Positions 25,840-38,684 of a DNA stretch of 64,000 nt are shown here, in pieces. The notes under the pieces were generated by a model. That model made no database searches. It was not told the DNA's origin and was given only the letters and a program-made list of their open reading frames with translations. Position 1 is the first letter of the stretch; each line of letters begins with the position of its first letter. The translations under genes and the position numbers were made by a program. The DNA lies in contig NC_091978.1 in assembly GCF_044704955.1 (NCBI RefSeq), forward strand, positions 375,100,001 through 375,164,000. Direction: 5' to 3'. The DNA comes from Pristiophorus japonicus. Its lineage: Eukaryota.

Positions 25840-27390
25840 TTATCCCGGCTGGAGTGGAGCTAATCTACAGAACAAACAGGAATCTGTTCAACCTCCACCG
25901 CCTCCAGGCCAGATCCAAGGTTGTCCCATCCTCTGTCATTGAATTACAGTTCGCAGACGACGCCTGCATCTGCACGCACTCGGAGGCCGAACTCCAAGCC
26001 ATCGTCAACACCTTCACTAAAGCGTACGAGAGCATGGGCCTTACACTAAACATCCGTAAGACAAAGCTGCTCTACCAACCTGCCCCCGCCACACAGCACT
26101 GTCCCCCGATTATCAAAATCCACGACAAGGCCTTGGACAATGTGGACCATTTTCCATACCTCGGAAGCCTACTGTCAACAAGGGCAGACATCAACGATGA
26201 GGTCCAACACTACCTGTAGTTTGCCAGTGCAGCCTTCGGTCGCCTGAGGAAGAGAGTGTTTGAAGACCAGGACCTCAAACCCAGCACCAAGCTCATGGCC
26301 TGCAGAGCAGTGGTGATACCTGCCCTCCTATATGGCTCAGAGACATGGACCATATACAGCAGACACCTCAAAGCTCTGGAGAAGTACCACCAGTGCTGCC
26401 TTCGCAAGATCCTGCAAATCCACTGGGAGGACAGAAGCACCAACATCAGCATTCTCGCTCAGGCCAACATCCCCAACATCGAAGCACTGACCACACTCGA
26501 TCAACTCTGTTGGGCGGGCCACATCGTCTGCATGCCCGATACGAGACTCCAAAAACAAGCGTTCTACTTGGAGCTCCGACACGGCAAGTGAGCCCCAGAG
26601 GAAATGCTTCAAGGACACCCTCAAAGCCTTGCAAAAAATGCAACATCCCCACCGCCACCTGGGAATTCCTGGCCCAAGACCGCTCAAAGTGGAGGAGAAA
26701 CATCTGGGAAACATAGAAACATAGAAAATAGGTGCAGGAGTAGGCCATTCAGCCCTTCGAGCCTGCACCACCATTCAATATGATCATGGCTGATTATTCC
26801 CTCAGTACCCCTTTCCTGCTTTCTCTCCATACCCCTTGATCCCTTTAGCCGTAAGGGCTACATCTAACTCCCTCTTGAATATATCCAATGTATTGGCATC
26901 AACAACTCTCTGCGGCAGGGAATTCCACAGGTTCACCACTCTCTGAGTGAAGAAGTTTCTCCTCATCTCAGTCCTAAATGGCCTACCCCTTATCCTTAGA
27001 CTGTGTCCCCTGGTTCTGGACTTCCCCAACATCGGGAACATTCTTCCCGCATCTAACCTGTCCAGTCCCGTCAGAATTTTATACGTTTCTATGAGATCCC
27101 CTCTCATCTTTCTAAACTCCAGTGTATAAAGGCCCAGTCGATCCAGTCTCTCCTCATATGTCAGTCCAGCCAATTACCTCGAGTCGCTACACCAAGAGCA
27201 AGCTGAAACCAAACGTAAACCGCGGAAGGAGTGCATGGCACCCCAAGCACCCCACCCACCCGTTCCTTTTACCACCGTCTGCCCCACCTGTGCCAGAGAT
27301 TGTAGGTCCCACATTGGACTCATTCGTCGCCTGTGAACTAATTTTTAGTGTGGAAGCAAGTCATTGATCCCGAGGGACTGCCTCAGAGAG
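25840..27390 (+). mobile_element. RTE-clade LINE 3' part, interrupted by a minus-strand CR1 3' end (~26709-27172)
   Basis: [14 protein letters not shown] and LLYGSETW motifs; CR1 insert carries RGDLIETYKI and a (TTTCTATG)n tail. Confidence 0.85.
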
Positions 27391-28318
27391 AGGGAAGCCT
27401 TGGGTGTGTTTGCAGACAAAGTACTTCAGGCATCATTTCGCCAAGTTGTCATTTTGTTAATTAATTGTGAGGTTTAAAGAGCCAATTTTCTGCACACTTA
27501 ACTGCAGCATTCGAAAGAATCTAAAGATTGTTTCTCCATATTAGTGGTTGCAGCTTTTCCAGCGAATGAAGATACTGCTGTGCTTATCCTTCAGGAGTAA
27601 CATGTTAGTCTTCACATTAAAAACAAATTTCACATTTCATTAAAAAATCCTTTGTCTGAATTTGGTCTTGTAGAATCCAGTCCCCTTGCACAAAGTGAAT
27701 TGCAGAAACAATCCTCCAAACAATCGCATCCGAGAACCTCAAACTATCTCAGCACAACCTGGCCCTTCAACCACTCAGCTCCTGGGCCCAGCTCAGAAGT
27801 CATTTCACTCAGAAACCACTCATTGTTTTATTGAATACATTTCTGTGGCCTACAGCTCCCATGATAGTTCCTCAATTACCCCATTGTTATATTTTAAACA
27901 TCGCACTTCTGCCCTCTTACAGGTAAAAACCAGGTTAAAAATGCCTCTAATCCACATTGAATTCACTTTGTACAGTGTGAATAGTTAGGCACTCTCAAGG
28001 CCCCCGCTCCTGTTGGCCTCCATTGTTGCTTTGACTGTCACTGGCCCCTGATTTAAAAGTTCACCAGCTCCACTCATCTGTTGTGTGCCAGCCACTCCTG
28101 TAGTTCGTCACTGACTTAGATGATAAGCTTCAGTCTGCAATTCACATGTTCAACGAGGGTTTTTCTTCAGCAGCACAGATTTTGGAATTTAGTAACTGAC
28201 AGGAACCTCTGTACAGAGCCACAAAAACATCTGAGACCTCACTTCAGGCCGAGCACTGACCGAGCAATACTGGGAGAGCCACACATTGGGCGATCTCGTG
28301 TTGCACAATGCGGATACA

Positions 28319-28860
28319 ACTCTTTTTGTTGGAAACAAAAATAAAACAGTTAAATCGAGTGTCCCCGATCTGGGGGACGTTCCAAACATTTATCACCGCC
28401 CTTTTTTTGGGGTTTTTTTTGTGTTTTTTTGGGGGAGTTTTTTGTGGGTTTTTTTGGGCCCTAAAACCATAAATATACAAGTGCCCCCTACAAAAGGGGA
28501 GGGAGACAGTAAAACCTGGCAATTAAAACAAATTAAACTTTAAAACAAATTAAACTTTAAAACATATAAAATCAAATTAAAATTTGGTTGTCGGGGGTGA
28601 TGATGCACTCCAGTCCCTCCGGTGCCCACCTCTCGCGGAAGGCCGCGAGCGTACCGGTGGACACCGCGTGCTCCATCTCCAAGGACACCCTGGCTCGGAT
28701 GTACGCGCGGAAGAGAGGCAGGCAGTCTGGCTGAACGACCGCTCGCTGCCTGGACCAGCTGATGGCCCCCTTGGCTGTGCCCAGGAGCAGTCCTACGAGG
28801 AGGCCCTCGGATCTACCCGCTCCCCTCCGCACAGGGTGCCCAAAGATCAGGAGTGTGGGA
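28319..28860 (-). mobile_element. Tx1/L1-like 3' fragment, second copy
   Basis: Same C-terminal peptide and same AAAAAGAGT terminus as 21189-21603. Confidence 0.72.
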
Positions 28861-28924
28861 CTGAAGTGCGTTTTCTTGAATAAAATAATATTTTATATTA
28901 ATAAATAGATCATATTTTAACTGT

Positions 28925-29215
28925 CTATCTGGACGAGACATTAAACTGTCCTCTCGGGTGGATGTAAAATATTCCACGGCACTTTTTGAGGAAAGGGGAG
29001 TTCTCCCCGGTGTCCTGGCCAATATTTTTCCCTCAACCAACATCACTAAAAAGCAGATTATCTGGTTATCATATTGCTGTTTGTGGGAGCTTGCTGTGCA
29101 CAAATTGGCTGCCGCATTTCCCACATTACAACAGTGACGACAGCTCAAAAGAACTTCATTGGCTGTAAAGTGCTTTGGGACAACCTGAGAATGTGAAAGG
29201 TGCTATATAAATAAA
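28925..29215 (+). mobile_element. Deu-domain SINE (SacSINE1/AmnSINE1-like) 3' part
   Basis: ggatgtaaaa...ggggagttctccccggtgtcctggccaatat...ttcattggctgtaaagtgctttggga motif, shared with several copies in the window. Confidence 0.75.
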
Positions 29216-29312
29216 AAAATCATTATTTATATAATTTAAACTGGAGAAAGCCAGTGGGCCAGAGAGCCCTGATGCTGAACAACAGGCCTCGGGAGAGTCA
29301 CTGCACAGAAAT

Positions 29313-29518
29313 TGTAATCTATGAGTAAAGAGTCAGACTGAACACTGTGAGCTCAAAGTAAAGTGTGACCTTAGTCTTTTATTGCAGGTCTCCAGAGTGC
29401 CTCTCCAACCTGTGAGGCCTCCTTAAGTACTCCCAAGGGATTGTGGGATCCTTTGAGACTCCAGGGGATGAGTCCTCTGGTGGCTATACAAGGTATATAC
29501 AGGTTTACATATATAACA
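29313..29518 (-). mobile_element. Solo LTR (206 bp)
   Basis: TG...CA ends, near-TSD GAAAT/GAAAC. Minus-strand AATAAAAGACTAAGGTCACAC resembles AATAAAGGACAGGTCACAG of the neighbouring Gypsy LTR. Confidence 0.65.
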
Positions 29519-29886
29519 GAAACAATTTCAGACAAATCTTCATTCGAGGCAGAGACCTCATCGGGAATGACCTGAGAACAGGCCACAAAGCCTCAAGCAT
29601 GCAATTTACATCAAATGTAACTTCATCATGAAGACACAGCCATCAATGGTGGAGCGATTGAAATTGTGGATGTGTAAGAGGCCAGAATTGGAGGTGTGCA
29701 GAGATCTCAGAGGGCTGGAGGACATAGGGAGGGGCAAGGCCATGGAGGGATTTGAAAACAAGGATGAGAATTTTAAAATTGAGGTCGTGCCGGACCTGGA
29801 GCCAAGCTTGGTGTCACCTGATCTCTACTTCCTCATTTACCTTGTCTTCTATTTTTAACCATGGTGGAGCCCGTCTCTGCCCCTGC

Positions 29887-32800
29887 TGTCATGTATTCAA
29901 CCAGCATTGTAACCCATGTATAAACTGACCTAAGTTGTACACTGTGAGAACACTGACCACTAGGTGGGAGACACTCCTAACCTGGACCTTCAGGTATAAA
30001 AGGGGAAGCTCCACCCACCTTCATCACTTGAGTGCTAAGGAATAAAGGACAGGTCACAGACTGACCTTCTCTCAAGCATGGGCCTCGTGTGCATTTATAC
30101 TGTGTAGTAAGGACGTATCAATGGCGACAAGAAACTGGGATTTAAACCACGCGAGCATGGCCACTAGCAGAACAGACGAGAGGTACTGTGTTAACGAATG
30201 GTTGGGACAGAGATTCAACATTGTTAAAGCAGCACACAGTTCTCCAGGCAGACAAGGGCAGTCAGGCATGCCCCAACATGTAGTCGAACCCAGAGGGGGA
30301 GTTCGACAGAGACAATGGCAAGCTGAACAGCGATTCACACCATTGCAAGGGACAATGCGGCCAGTAATGGGGCCATCAACACCTGTTAATGGTGCACTCA
30401 AGGACAATAACGGGCAGTCAGGGACGATCGACTGGCAAGGGACCTTTTGTTTCAAACCGCAACTCATGCTGGAGGCATGGAGGCACACATTCAGCCGGAG
30501 TTTGCAGAGATGTGCAAAATACCTGCAGATATTGCAGAAATGGACACTGGGGGAAATCGCTGGAAGCTGAAGTTCAGCGAGTTCATGTGGAGCACGAATA
30601 CAGTTCATACACCAGGATGCCACCGATAATGATGAAAGTGCTCCTCAATGGCATCCCAGTATCAATGGAGTTAGACACAGGTGCCAGCCAGTCTCTGATG
30701 GGTATCAAACAGTTTGAAAGGTTGTGGGCATCCAAGGCCAGGAGGCCAAAATTATCGCCGATTGAAGCACAGCTTCGGACTTACACAAAGCAGATCATTC
30801 CGGTGCTAGGCAGCGCCACGGTAGTCGTGACCCACAAAGATTCGGAGAACAGGTTGCCACTCTGGATTGTCCTAGGGGACGGTCCCGCACTACTGGGGAG
30901 GAGTTGGCTTGCTGTCATGAACTGGAAATGGGGCGATGTCAATGCAATTTCCTCTGTGGAGCGAGTATCATGCTCACAGGTCCTGGACAAATTTGACTCA
31001 TTATTTCAACCCGGCATCGGCACTTTCATGGGGACCAAGGTAGTGATTCACATAAACCCGGACGCCAGACCAGTACACCACAAGGCCAGAGCGGTGCCGT
31101 ACGTGATGCGGGAAAAGATAGAAGGCGAATTGGACCGCCTGTTGAGGGAAGGCATCATCTCGCCAGTCGAATTCAGTGACTGGGCGAGCCCGATTGTGCC
31201 GGTGCTCAAGGCGGATGGGTTCGGTCAGGATATGTGGCGATTACAAGGCCACCATCAATCGGGTGTCACTCCAAGACCAGTACCCGCTACCGAGAGCGGA
31301 GGACCTCTTTGCGACGCTATCCGGTGGCAAACTTTTTTCAAAATTGGACCTGACCTCAGCTTACATGACCCAGGAGCTGGCGAGTGAGTCGAAGAAGCTG
31401 ACCACCATCACGACACACAAGGGGTTGTTTGAGTACAACAGATGTCCGTTCAGGATTCGCTCGATCGCCGCGATCTTCCAACGAAATATGGAAAGCCTCC
31501 TCAAGTCGATTCCAGGGACGGTGGTTTTTCAGGACGACATCCTCATTACGGGTTACGATACTGAAGAACACCTCCACAACCTGGAGGAGGTGCTACGCAG
31601 ACTGGACCGGGTAGGGCTGCGACTGAAAAAGGCGAAGTGCGTCTTCCTAGCTCCAGAGGTAGAATTCCTGGGGATGAGGGTAGCAGCAGACGGGATCAGC
31701 CCTACTGCATCCAAGACAGAAGCGATCCAGAGAGCACCCAGACCCCGTAACACAACGGAGCTGCGTTCGTTCCTGGGGCTCCTGAACTATTTTGGTAACT
31801 TTCTTCCCAAATTGAGCACGCTGCTAGAGCCGCTACACGTGCTCCTACGCAAAGGTCGCGAATGGGTCTAGGGGGACAGCCAGGAAAGGGCTTTTAATAG
31901 AGCACGCAATTTGTTATGTTCCAACAATCTGTTAACGCTATATGACCCATGTAAGAAACTTGTTTTAACGTGCGATGCGTCGTCCTATGGTGTCGGGTGT
32001 GTGTTGCAGCATGTCAATGTCAAGGGTCAGTTACAGCCGGTAGCTTATGCCTCCAGGAGTCTGTCCCAGGCAGAAAGGGGCTACGGGATGGTAGAAAAGG
32101 AGGCGCTCGCATGTGTATATGCGGTAAAGAAAATGCACCAGTACCTGTTTGGCAGGAAATTTGAGCTGGAGACAGATCACAAATCCCTAACGTCCCTTTT
32201 GGCCGACAACAAGGCCATAAATGCAAACGCATCGGCCCGCATACAGAGGTGGGCACTCACGTTAGCTGCCTATGACTACACAATTCGGCACAGACCGGGC
32301 ACCGAAAACTGCGCTTATGCACTCAGCAGGCTCCCACTAGCCACCACTGAGGGGGCTACCGAGCATGGTGCTGAGATGGTCATGGCTGTTGAAGCTTTCG
32401 GAAGCGAAGGCTCACCTGTGACAGCCCGTCAGATTAAAGTCTGGACAAATAGAGACCCGCTATTGTCTCTAGTCAAGAAATGTGTCCTGAATGGGGACTG
32501 GGCAGCCACGTACAGGGCATGCCCTGAGGAATTTAAACCATTTCACAGGTTCAGGCCGATTGCCTACTGTGGAGAAACCGCGTAGTCATGCCCCAGATGG
32601 GCAGAGAGGTGTTCATCAGAGAACTCCACAATGGGCACCCGGGCATTGTCACGATGAAGGCAATTGCCAGGTCACACGTTTGGTGGCCAGGGATAGACGC
32701 AGATCTGGAACTTTGTGTTCGCAGATGTAACATGTGTGCCCAGCTGGGCCATGCGCCCAGGGAAGCCCCCCTTAGCCCCTAGCCATGGCCCGCCAAACCT

Positions 32801-33990
32801 TGGTCATGCATCCATGTGGACTACGCAGGTCCTTTCATGGGGAAAATATTTTTGGTTGTAGTAGACGCCTACTCCAAATGGATCGAGTGTGACATTTTAA
32901 ATTCAAGCACATCCTCTGCCACGGTAGAAAGTCTATGGGCAATGTTCGCCGCCCACGGTCTACCGGACATCTTGGTCAGTGACAATGGCCCGTGCTTCAC
33001 AAGCACTGAATTCCAGGACTTCATGGCAGGCAATGGAATTAACCATGTTAGAACGGCACCGTTCAAGCCGGCCTCAAACGGCCAGGCAGAACGAGCAGTG
33101 CAGATAATCAAACAGGGGATGCTCAGATTACAAGGGAGTTCCCTACAAACCCGCTTATCACGCCTCCTGTTGGTCAATAGATCCCGACCACACTTGCTCA
33201 CAGGAGTTCCACCCGCAGAGCTACTAATGAAAAGGACGCTCAAAACCCGATTATCCCTTATACACCCCACCATGAAAGAAATTGTCGAGAGCAGGCGCCA
33301 GTCACAATATGACTACCATGACAGGAATGCGAGGGCGCGATGTATTGATGTAAATGATCCTGTTTTTGTCCTCAACTACGCTGCAGGGCCCAAATGGCTC
33401 GCAGGCACTGTGGTTGCCAAACAGGGAAATAGGATTCTGGTAGTTAAACTTACCAATGGACAAATCTGCCGCAAACATGTGGATCAAACAAAAAGGAGGT
33501 TCAGCAACCCCATAGAAGAAGCAGAGGAAGAACACGATATAGAGTTCACTCCACCACAGGTGACCGAACACCGGAACCAAAGGGAGGAGAGCCCAGTCAC
33601 TGTGGGCAGTCGGGACAGGCCTGAGGCACTGCAAACAGCAGACACTCAGGCCAGTGCCCAACAACCGGAGCCCCAACTCAGGCGCTCTACAAGGGAGCGT
33701 AAACCACCAGAGAGACTCAACCTGTGATCCCAATAAGACTTTGGGGGGGGAGGTGATGTCATGTATTCAACCAGCATTGTAACCCGAGTATAAACTGACC
33801 TAAGTTGTACACCGTGAGAACACTGACCACTAGGTGGGAGACACTCCTAACCTGGACCTTCAGGTATAAAAGGGGAAGCTCCACCCACCTTCATCACTTG
33901 AGTGCTAAGGAATAAAGGACAGGTCACAGACTGACCTTCTCTCAAGCATGGGCCTGGTGTGCATTTATACTGTGTAGTAAGGACGTATCA
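29887..33990 (+). mobile_element. Gypsy/Ty3 (Mag-like) LTR retrotransposon with paired 234-bp LTRs, gag mostly deleted, pol disrupted
   Basis: LTRs 29887-30120 and 33757-33990 (TG..CA, TATAAA, AATAAA, 4 differences), TGGCGAC PBS and purine-rich PPT. Domain order PR (LDTGA), RT (FQDD), RNaseH (CDAS, ETDH), IN (H..H/C..C, DYAGP, SDNG). TSD CCTGC/CCGGC. Confidence 0.95.
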
Positions 33991-34234
33991 CCGGCCTCAC
34001 CCTCATCCATGCCTTTTTTACCTCCAGACCAATGTTCCCTCTAATTCTGTTTGGCCCTGCGGGCTGGGCGAGCCATTCACCGTACGACGCATACGCAGGC
34101 GCTGTCTGCACGGGTTCCCTGGAGAGCCAGGCAGCTTACGGGGAACGTTGTTCCAGACCCGACTATTCCAACGCTTTCCTGGCCCGTCTCCCATTTACCT
34201 CCCTCCATAAACTTGAGCCCATCCAAAACCCTGT

Positions 34235-34679
34235 GCCCCGTGTCCTAACTCGCACCGAGTCCCACTCACCCATCACCCCCTGTGCTCACTGCCCCGTGTC
34301 CTAACTCGCACCGAGTCCCACTTACCCATCACCCCCTGTGTTCACTGCCCCGTGTCCTAACTCGCACCAAGTCCCGCTCACCCATCACCCCCTGTGCTCA
34401 CTGCCCCGTGTCCTAACTCGCACCGAGTCCCACTTACCCATCACCCCGTGTTCACTGCCCCGTGTCCTAACTCGCACCAAGTCCCGCTCACCCATCACCC
34501 CCTGTGTTCACTGCCCCGTGTCCTAACTCGCACCGAGTCCCACTCACCCATCACCCCCTGTGCTCGCTGCCCATGTCCTAACTCGCACCAAGTCCCGCTC
34601 ACCCATCACCCCCTGTGCTCACTGCCCCGTGTCCTAACTTGCACCGAGTCCCACTCACCCATCACCCCCTGTGCTCACT
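34235..34679. repeat. 56-bp L2-derived tandem repeat x8
   Basis: Unit GCCCCGTGTCCTAACTCGCACCGAGTCCCACTCACCCATCACCCCCTGTGCTCACT within an L2 fragment (~33991-34895). Confidence 0.9.
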
Positions 34680-34929
34680 GAATTACATTGACTCCAGGTC
34701 CGGCAATGCCTCGATTTCAAAATTCTCATCCTTGTTTTCATATCCCTCCATGGCCTCAGCCCCTCCCTCTCTCTGTAACCTCCCCAGCCCTACAACCCTC
34801 CGAGATGTCTGCAATCCTCCAATACTGGCCTCTTGTGCATTGCCGATTTCCATCGCTCCACCAATGGCGGCTGTGTCTTCAACTGTCTGGGCCCCTATTC
34901 TTTCATAGCAAAATATTAATACCTAAGTC

Positions 34930-35930
34930 AGATATCCAGACCAAAGCTCCCAGTGTAACAGCGTGGATATCTTTTAGACTGCCTGTGAATTCCCTCTGAG
35001 GGCAGTGCTCGATGATGTGGTCCACAGTCACATGATGGGGAGGCTTTAATCTTCCACCAATGGAGAAGGTGGCAGCATCGACCGGGACCGGTTCTGAGGC
35101 GGTTGACGGTTGTCCACTGTTTGCGAGGTAAGTTTGTTCCTACAGATTGTACTGTGGGGTTCTCTAAAAGGAATCCAGTGTATATGTCACAGTTATTCCA
35201 AGCATTTCGCCCTTGGCCATCAAGGCTGAGGGGTGATCGCTGAAGGGTTTCTAGATTTGAGATGGGTTGGGGGTAGGTTGGTTCTGTCGGCTTGGAGCGA
35301 CATTTCTTTGCTGGTGTAACAGTTGTATTCTCTGGACACTGCGTATTCGCGGCACAGGAGTCGTGCGATGTTTGCAAGTACGGGCAGCCAAGATATTGGT
35401 GTCGATAAAAGTGTACCGGTGATAATTCTCAGAGTATAATTCAACTGGACATCCATGGATTTGCTATGCAGACTCGATAGCCATGCCGGAGAGCAGTGTT
35501 CCACTGTAGAGACCACCAGGGCGAGTGATGACGTACAGAGGGTTAGAGCATCTGCTCCCCGTGTGGATCTAATCAGTTTCTGGATCAAGTTGACCCCTCT
35601 CAATTTATCGATGTGACAGGGTGCGATTGAGTGTGACTTCTACACAGGAGGGGATTTTGGCAGTTTACCTCCGTGCCGCAAAAGGAGACTTTCAGAGCTC
35701 GATGGGCGATGGGTGTTGAGGTGGAATGTCGAGGTGACATCTTTTGTGGGTTTGGCTGAAGTCGCCATCAGCAGAAGTAGGTCGCCATCCTCTGTAAATG
35801 ACTGGTTAGGGTCTCTATGGTGATGGACAGATTCATGTTTTGTGTGGCTTAGGCAATGTCATCAGTGTATCCGAACTTGCAGGACTCTGCTTCGGGCAGG
35901 TCACTGGTGCAAATGTTGAATAACATGTGT
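34930..35930 (-). mobile_element. Degraded non-LTR retrotransposon, Vingi/Ingi-like
   Basis: GADALTLCTSSLALVVSTVEHCSPAW and NRLRTGPGRC..LH.W...SPSCDCG peptides. Confidence 0.6.
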
Positions 35931-36394
35931 GTCGGGACAGAACCCTGCAGGAGTTCGTTGTGAAATGTCCCATTTCTGCTCTTTTGGGTGCCAGAGTACA
36001 CACGGTCTAAGTTCTGGAATTCCCTCCTTAAGCAAATTCCACATTCTCATCATTCTCTGGATAAAGAGGTTTCTTATGAATTCCCGATTTGATTTCCTGA
36101 CTATGTTAAAGGCACTATATAAATGCGAGGTATTGTTGTTGACTCGCCCACACCCACACCACTCTGTGATTCTGACTTTATTTGAAGGTTGGGTTGCCAA
36201 CTCTGTTGGACATATTCCTGGAAATTTCATCACAAGACCTCCTGCCAAACTCTCTTTTTACAATATCCAATATTTTTTATAGCTCATAATCAAAAGTGCT
36301 CCAAAGAAAATGAAAAAAAGCTCACAATTTTTAAATGTCCATCTGATTTTTCTGCTGGATTGTTCACAGCAGATTCTTTAATCTTTGGAGACTC

Positions 36395-37620
36395 GTCATC
36401 ATAGGCAGTCCCTTGGAATCGAGGAAGACTTGCTTCCACTCCTGAAGTGAGTTTTCTGGTGGCTGAACAATCAATATGAGAGCCACAGACTCTGTCACAG
36501 GTGGGACAGATAGTCGTCGAGGGAAGGGGTGTGTAGGACTGGTTTACCGCACGCTTGACCTCGTCATGCTCTCGGCGAGATTTAAAGAGCTCAGCTCCCT
36601 CCCGGATGCACTTCCTCCACTTCGGGTGGTCTTCGGCCAAGGACTCCCAGGTGTCAGTGGTGATGTCGCACTTTATCAGAGAGGCTTTGAGGGTGTCCTT
36701 GTAATGTTTATGCTGCCCACCTTTGGCTCGTTTGCCATGAAGGAGCTCCGTATAGAGCATTTGCTTTGGGAGTCTCGTGTCTGGCATGCAAACTATGTGG
36801 CCTGCCCAGCGGAGCTGATCGAGTGTGGTCAGTGCTTCAATACTGGGGATGTTAGCCTGGACGAGGACACTGATGTTGGTGCACCTGTCCTCCCAGGGGA
36901 TTTGCAGGATCTTGCGGAGACATTGTTGGTGATATATCTCCAGCAACTTGAGATGTCTTTTGTACATCGTCCATGCCTCAGGTCCATACAGGAGGGCGGG
37001 TATTTCTACAGTCCTGCACCATGAGCTTGGTGGTAGATTTGAGGGCCTGGTCTTCAAACACTCTTTTCCTCAGACGTCCGAAGGCTGCACTGGAGGCGAT
37101 GTTGAATCTCCGCATCAATGTCTGCTCTTGTTGATAGGAGGCTCCCGAGGTTTGGGAAATGGTCCACGTTGTCCAGGGCTGCGCCGTGGATCTTGATGAC
37201 TGGGGGGCAGTGCTGTGTGGCAAGGACAGGCTGGTGGGGGATCTTTGTCTTACGGATGTTTAACGTAAGACCCATACTTTCGTGCACCTCAGTAAATATA
37301 TTGACTATGTCCTGGAGTTCAGCCTCTGATTGTGCGCAGACGCAGGCGTCGTCCGCGTACTGTAGCTCAACGACAGGTTGGGGCGGTCTTGGACCTGGCC
37401 TGGAGACGGCGAAGGTTGAACAGGTTCCCACTGGTTCTGTAGTTTAGTTCCACTCCAGCGGGGAACTTGTTGAGGGTGAGATGGAGCATGGCAGCGAGGA
37501 AGATTGAGAAGAAGGTTGGGGCGATGACGCAGCCCTGTTTGACCCCGGTCCAGACGTGGATTGGGTCTGTAATGGACCCGTGGGTTAGGATCACGGCCTT
37601 CATGTCGTCATGTAGACTGG
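36395..37620 (-). mobile_element. RTE-clade LINE 3' part
   Basis: [26 protein letters not shown]; (GAT)n tail. Confidence 0.88.
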
Positions 37621-37644
37621 AGGGTTGGCAACTCCGCCTGGGCA

Positions 37645-38225
37645 ATGGGTTGCAAGGACACCCTCAAAGCCTCCCTGATAAAGTGCAACATCCCCACCAA
37701 CACCTGGGAGTCCCTGGCCAAAGACCGCCCTAAGTGGAGGAAGTGCATCCGGGAGGACGCTGAGCACCTCGAGTCTCATCGCCGAGAGCATGCAGAAACC
37801 AAGCGCAGGCAGCGGAAGGAGCGTGCGGCAAACCAGTCCCACCCACCCCTTCCCTCAACCACTCTCTGTCCCACCCTCCCCTCAAACACTCTCTGTCCCA
37901 CCCTCCCCTCCCCTCAACCACTCTCTGTCCCACCCTCCCCTCCCCTCAACCACTGTCTGTCCCACCCTCCCCTCCCCTCAACCACTGTCTGTCCCACCCT
38001 CCCCTCCCCTCAACCACTCTCTGTCCCACCCTCCCCTTCCCTCAACCACTCTCTGTCCCACCCTCCCCTTCCCTCAAACACTCTCTGTCCCACCCTCCCC
38101 TCCCCTCAAACACTCTGTCCCCCTGTGACAGACTGTGGTTCCTGTATTGGGCTGTTCAGCCACCTGAGAGCCCATGCTCAGAGTGGAAGCAGGTGTGCCT
38201 CGATCCCGAGGGACTGCCTGTGATG
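37645..38225 (+). mobile_element. RTE 3' end with expanded 29-bp repeat (~37776-38125, ~12 units)
   Basis: [21 protein letters not shown] peptide; gggactgcctgtgatg tail. Confidence 0.88.
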
Positions 38226-38575
38226 GTTAGCTTCCCGCTCTTCCCGGCAGGCGGCGCTGGCGGTGCGGGTAGTCGGTGTTGGTGCGGCCTCCGGCCAGGA
38301 GGGGACGCTGTTGGTGGGGGTGTTGGTGCGGCCTCCGGCCGGCAGTGGGCGGTGTTGCGGGAGGTCTCCGGGCGGTGCCGGCAGGGGGCGGTGTTGCGGA
38401 AGGTCTCCGGGCAGTGCCGGTAGGGGGCGGTGTTGCGGGAGGTCTCCGGGAGGGGGCGCTGTTGCTGGTGCTGGGGGTGTTGGTGCGGCCTCCGGACGGC
38501 AGTGGGCGGTGTTGCTGGAGGGCTCCGGGCGGTGCGGTACTGGGTGTCGGGTCCGGGGGATTGCGGTAGCGCCCG

Positions 38576-38684
38576 ATGGCGAGCGGGAGCGGGAGCGGCG
38601 GGACGCTGACGGCTCTGTGGGCCGAGGTGAATCGGTGCGGGCAGACCGCCGACTACAGCCGGGCCCTGAAACCGCTCAACAAAA
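38576..38684 (+). CDS. SRP72: SRP72 exon 1
   Basis: [36 protein letters not shown], donor A|GTAAGG. Confidence 0.9.

Noticed and set aside
36395-38225. Twin-primed (5'-inverted) single RTE insertion
   Set aside because: Each half has its own 3' tail and they overlap in element coordinates, so they are two insertions.
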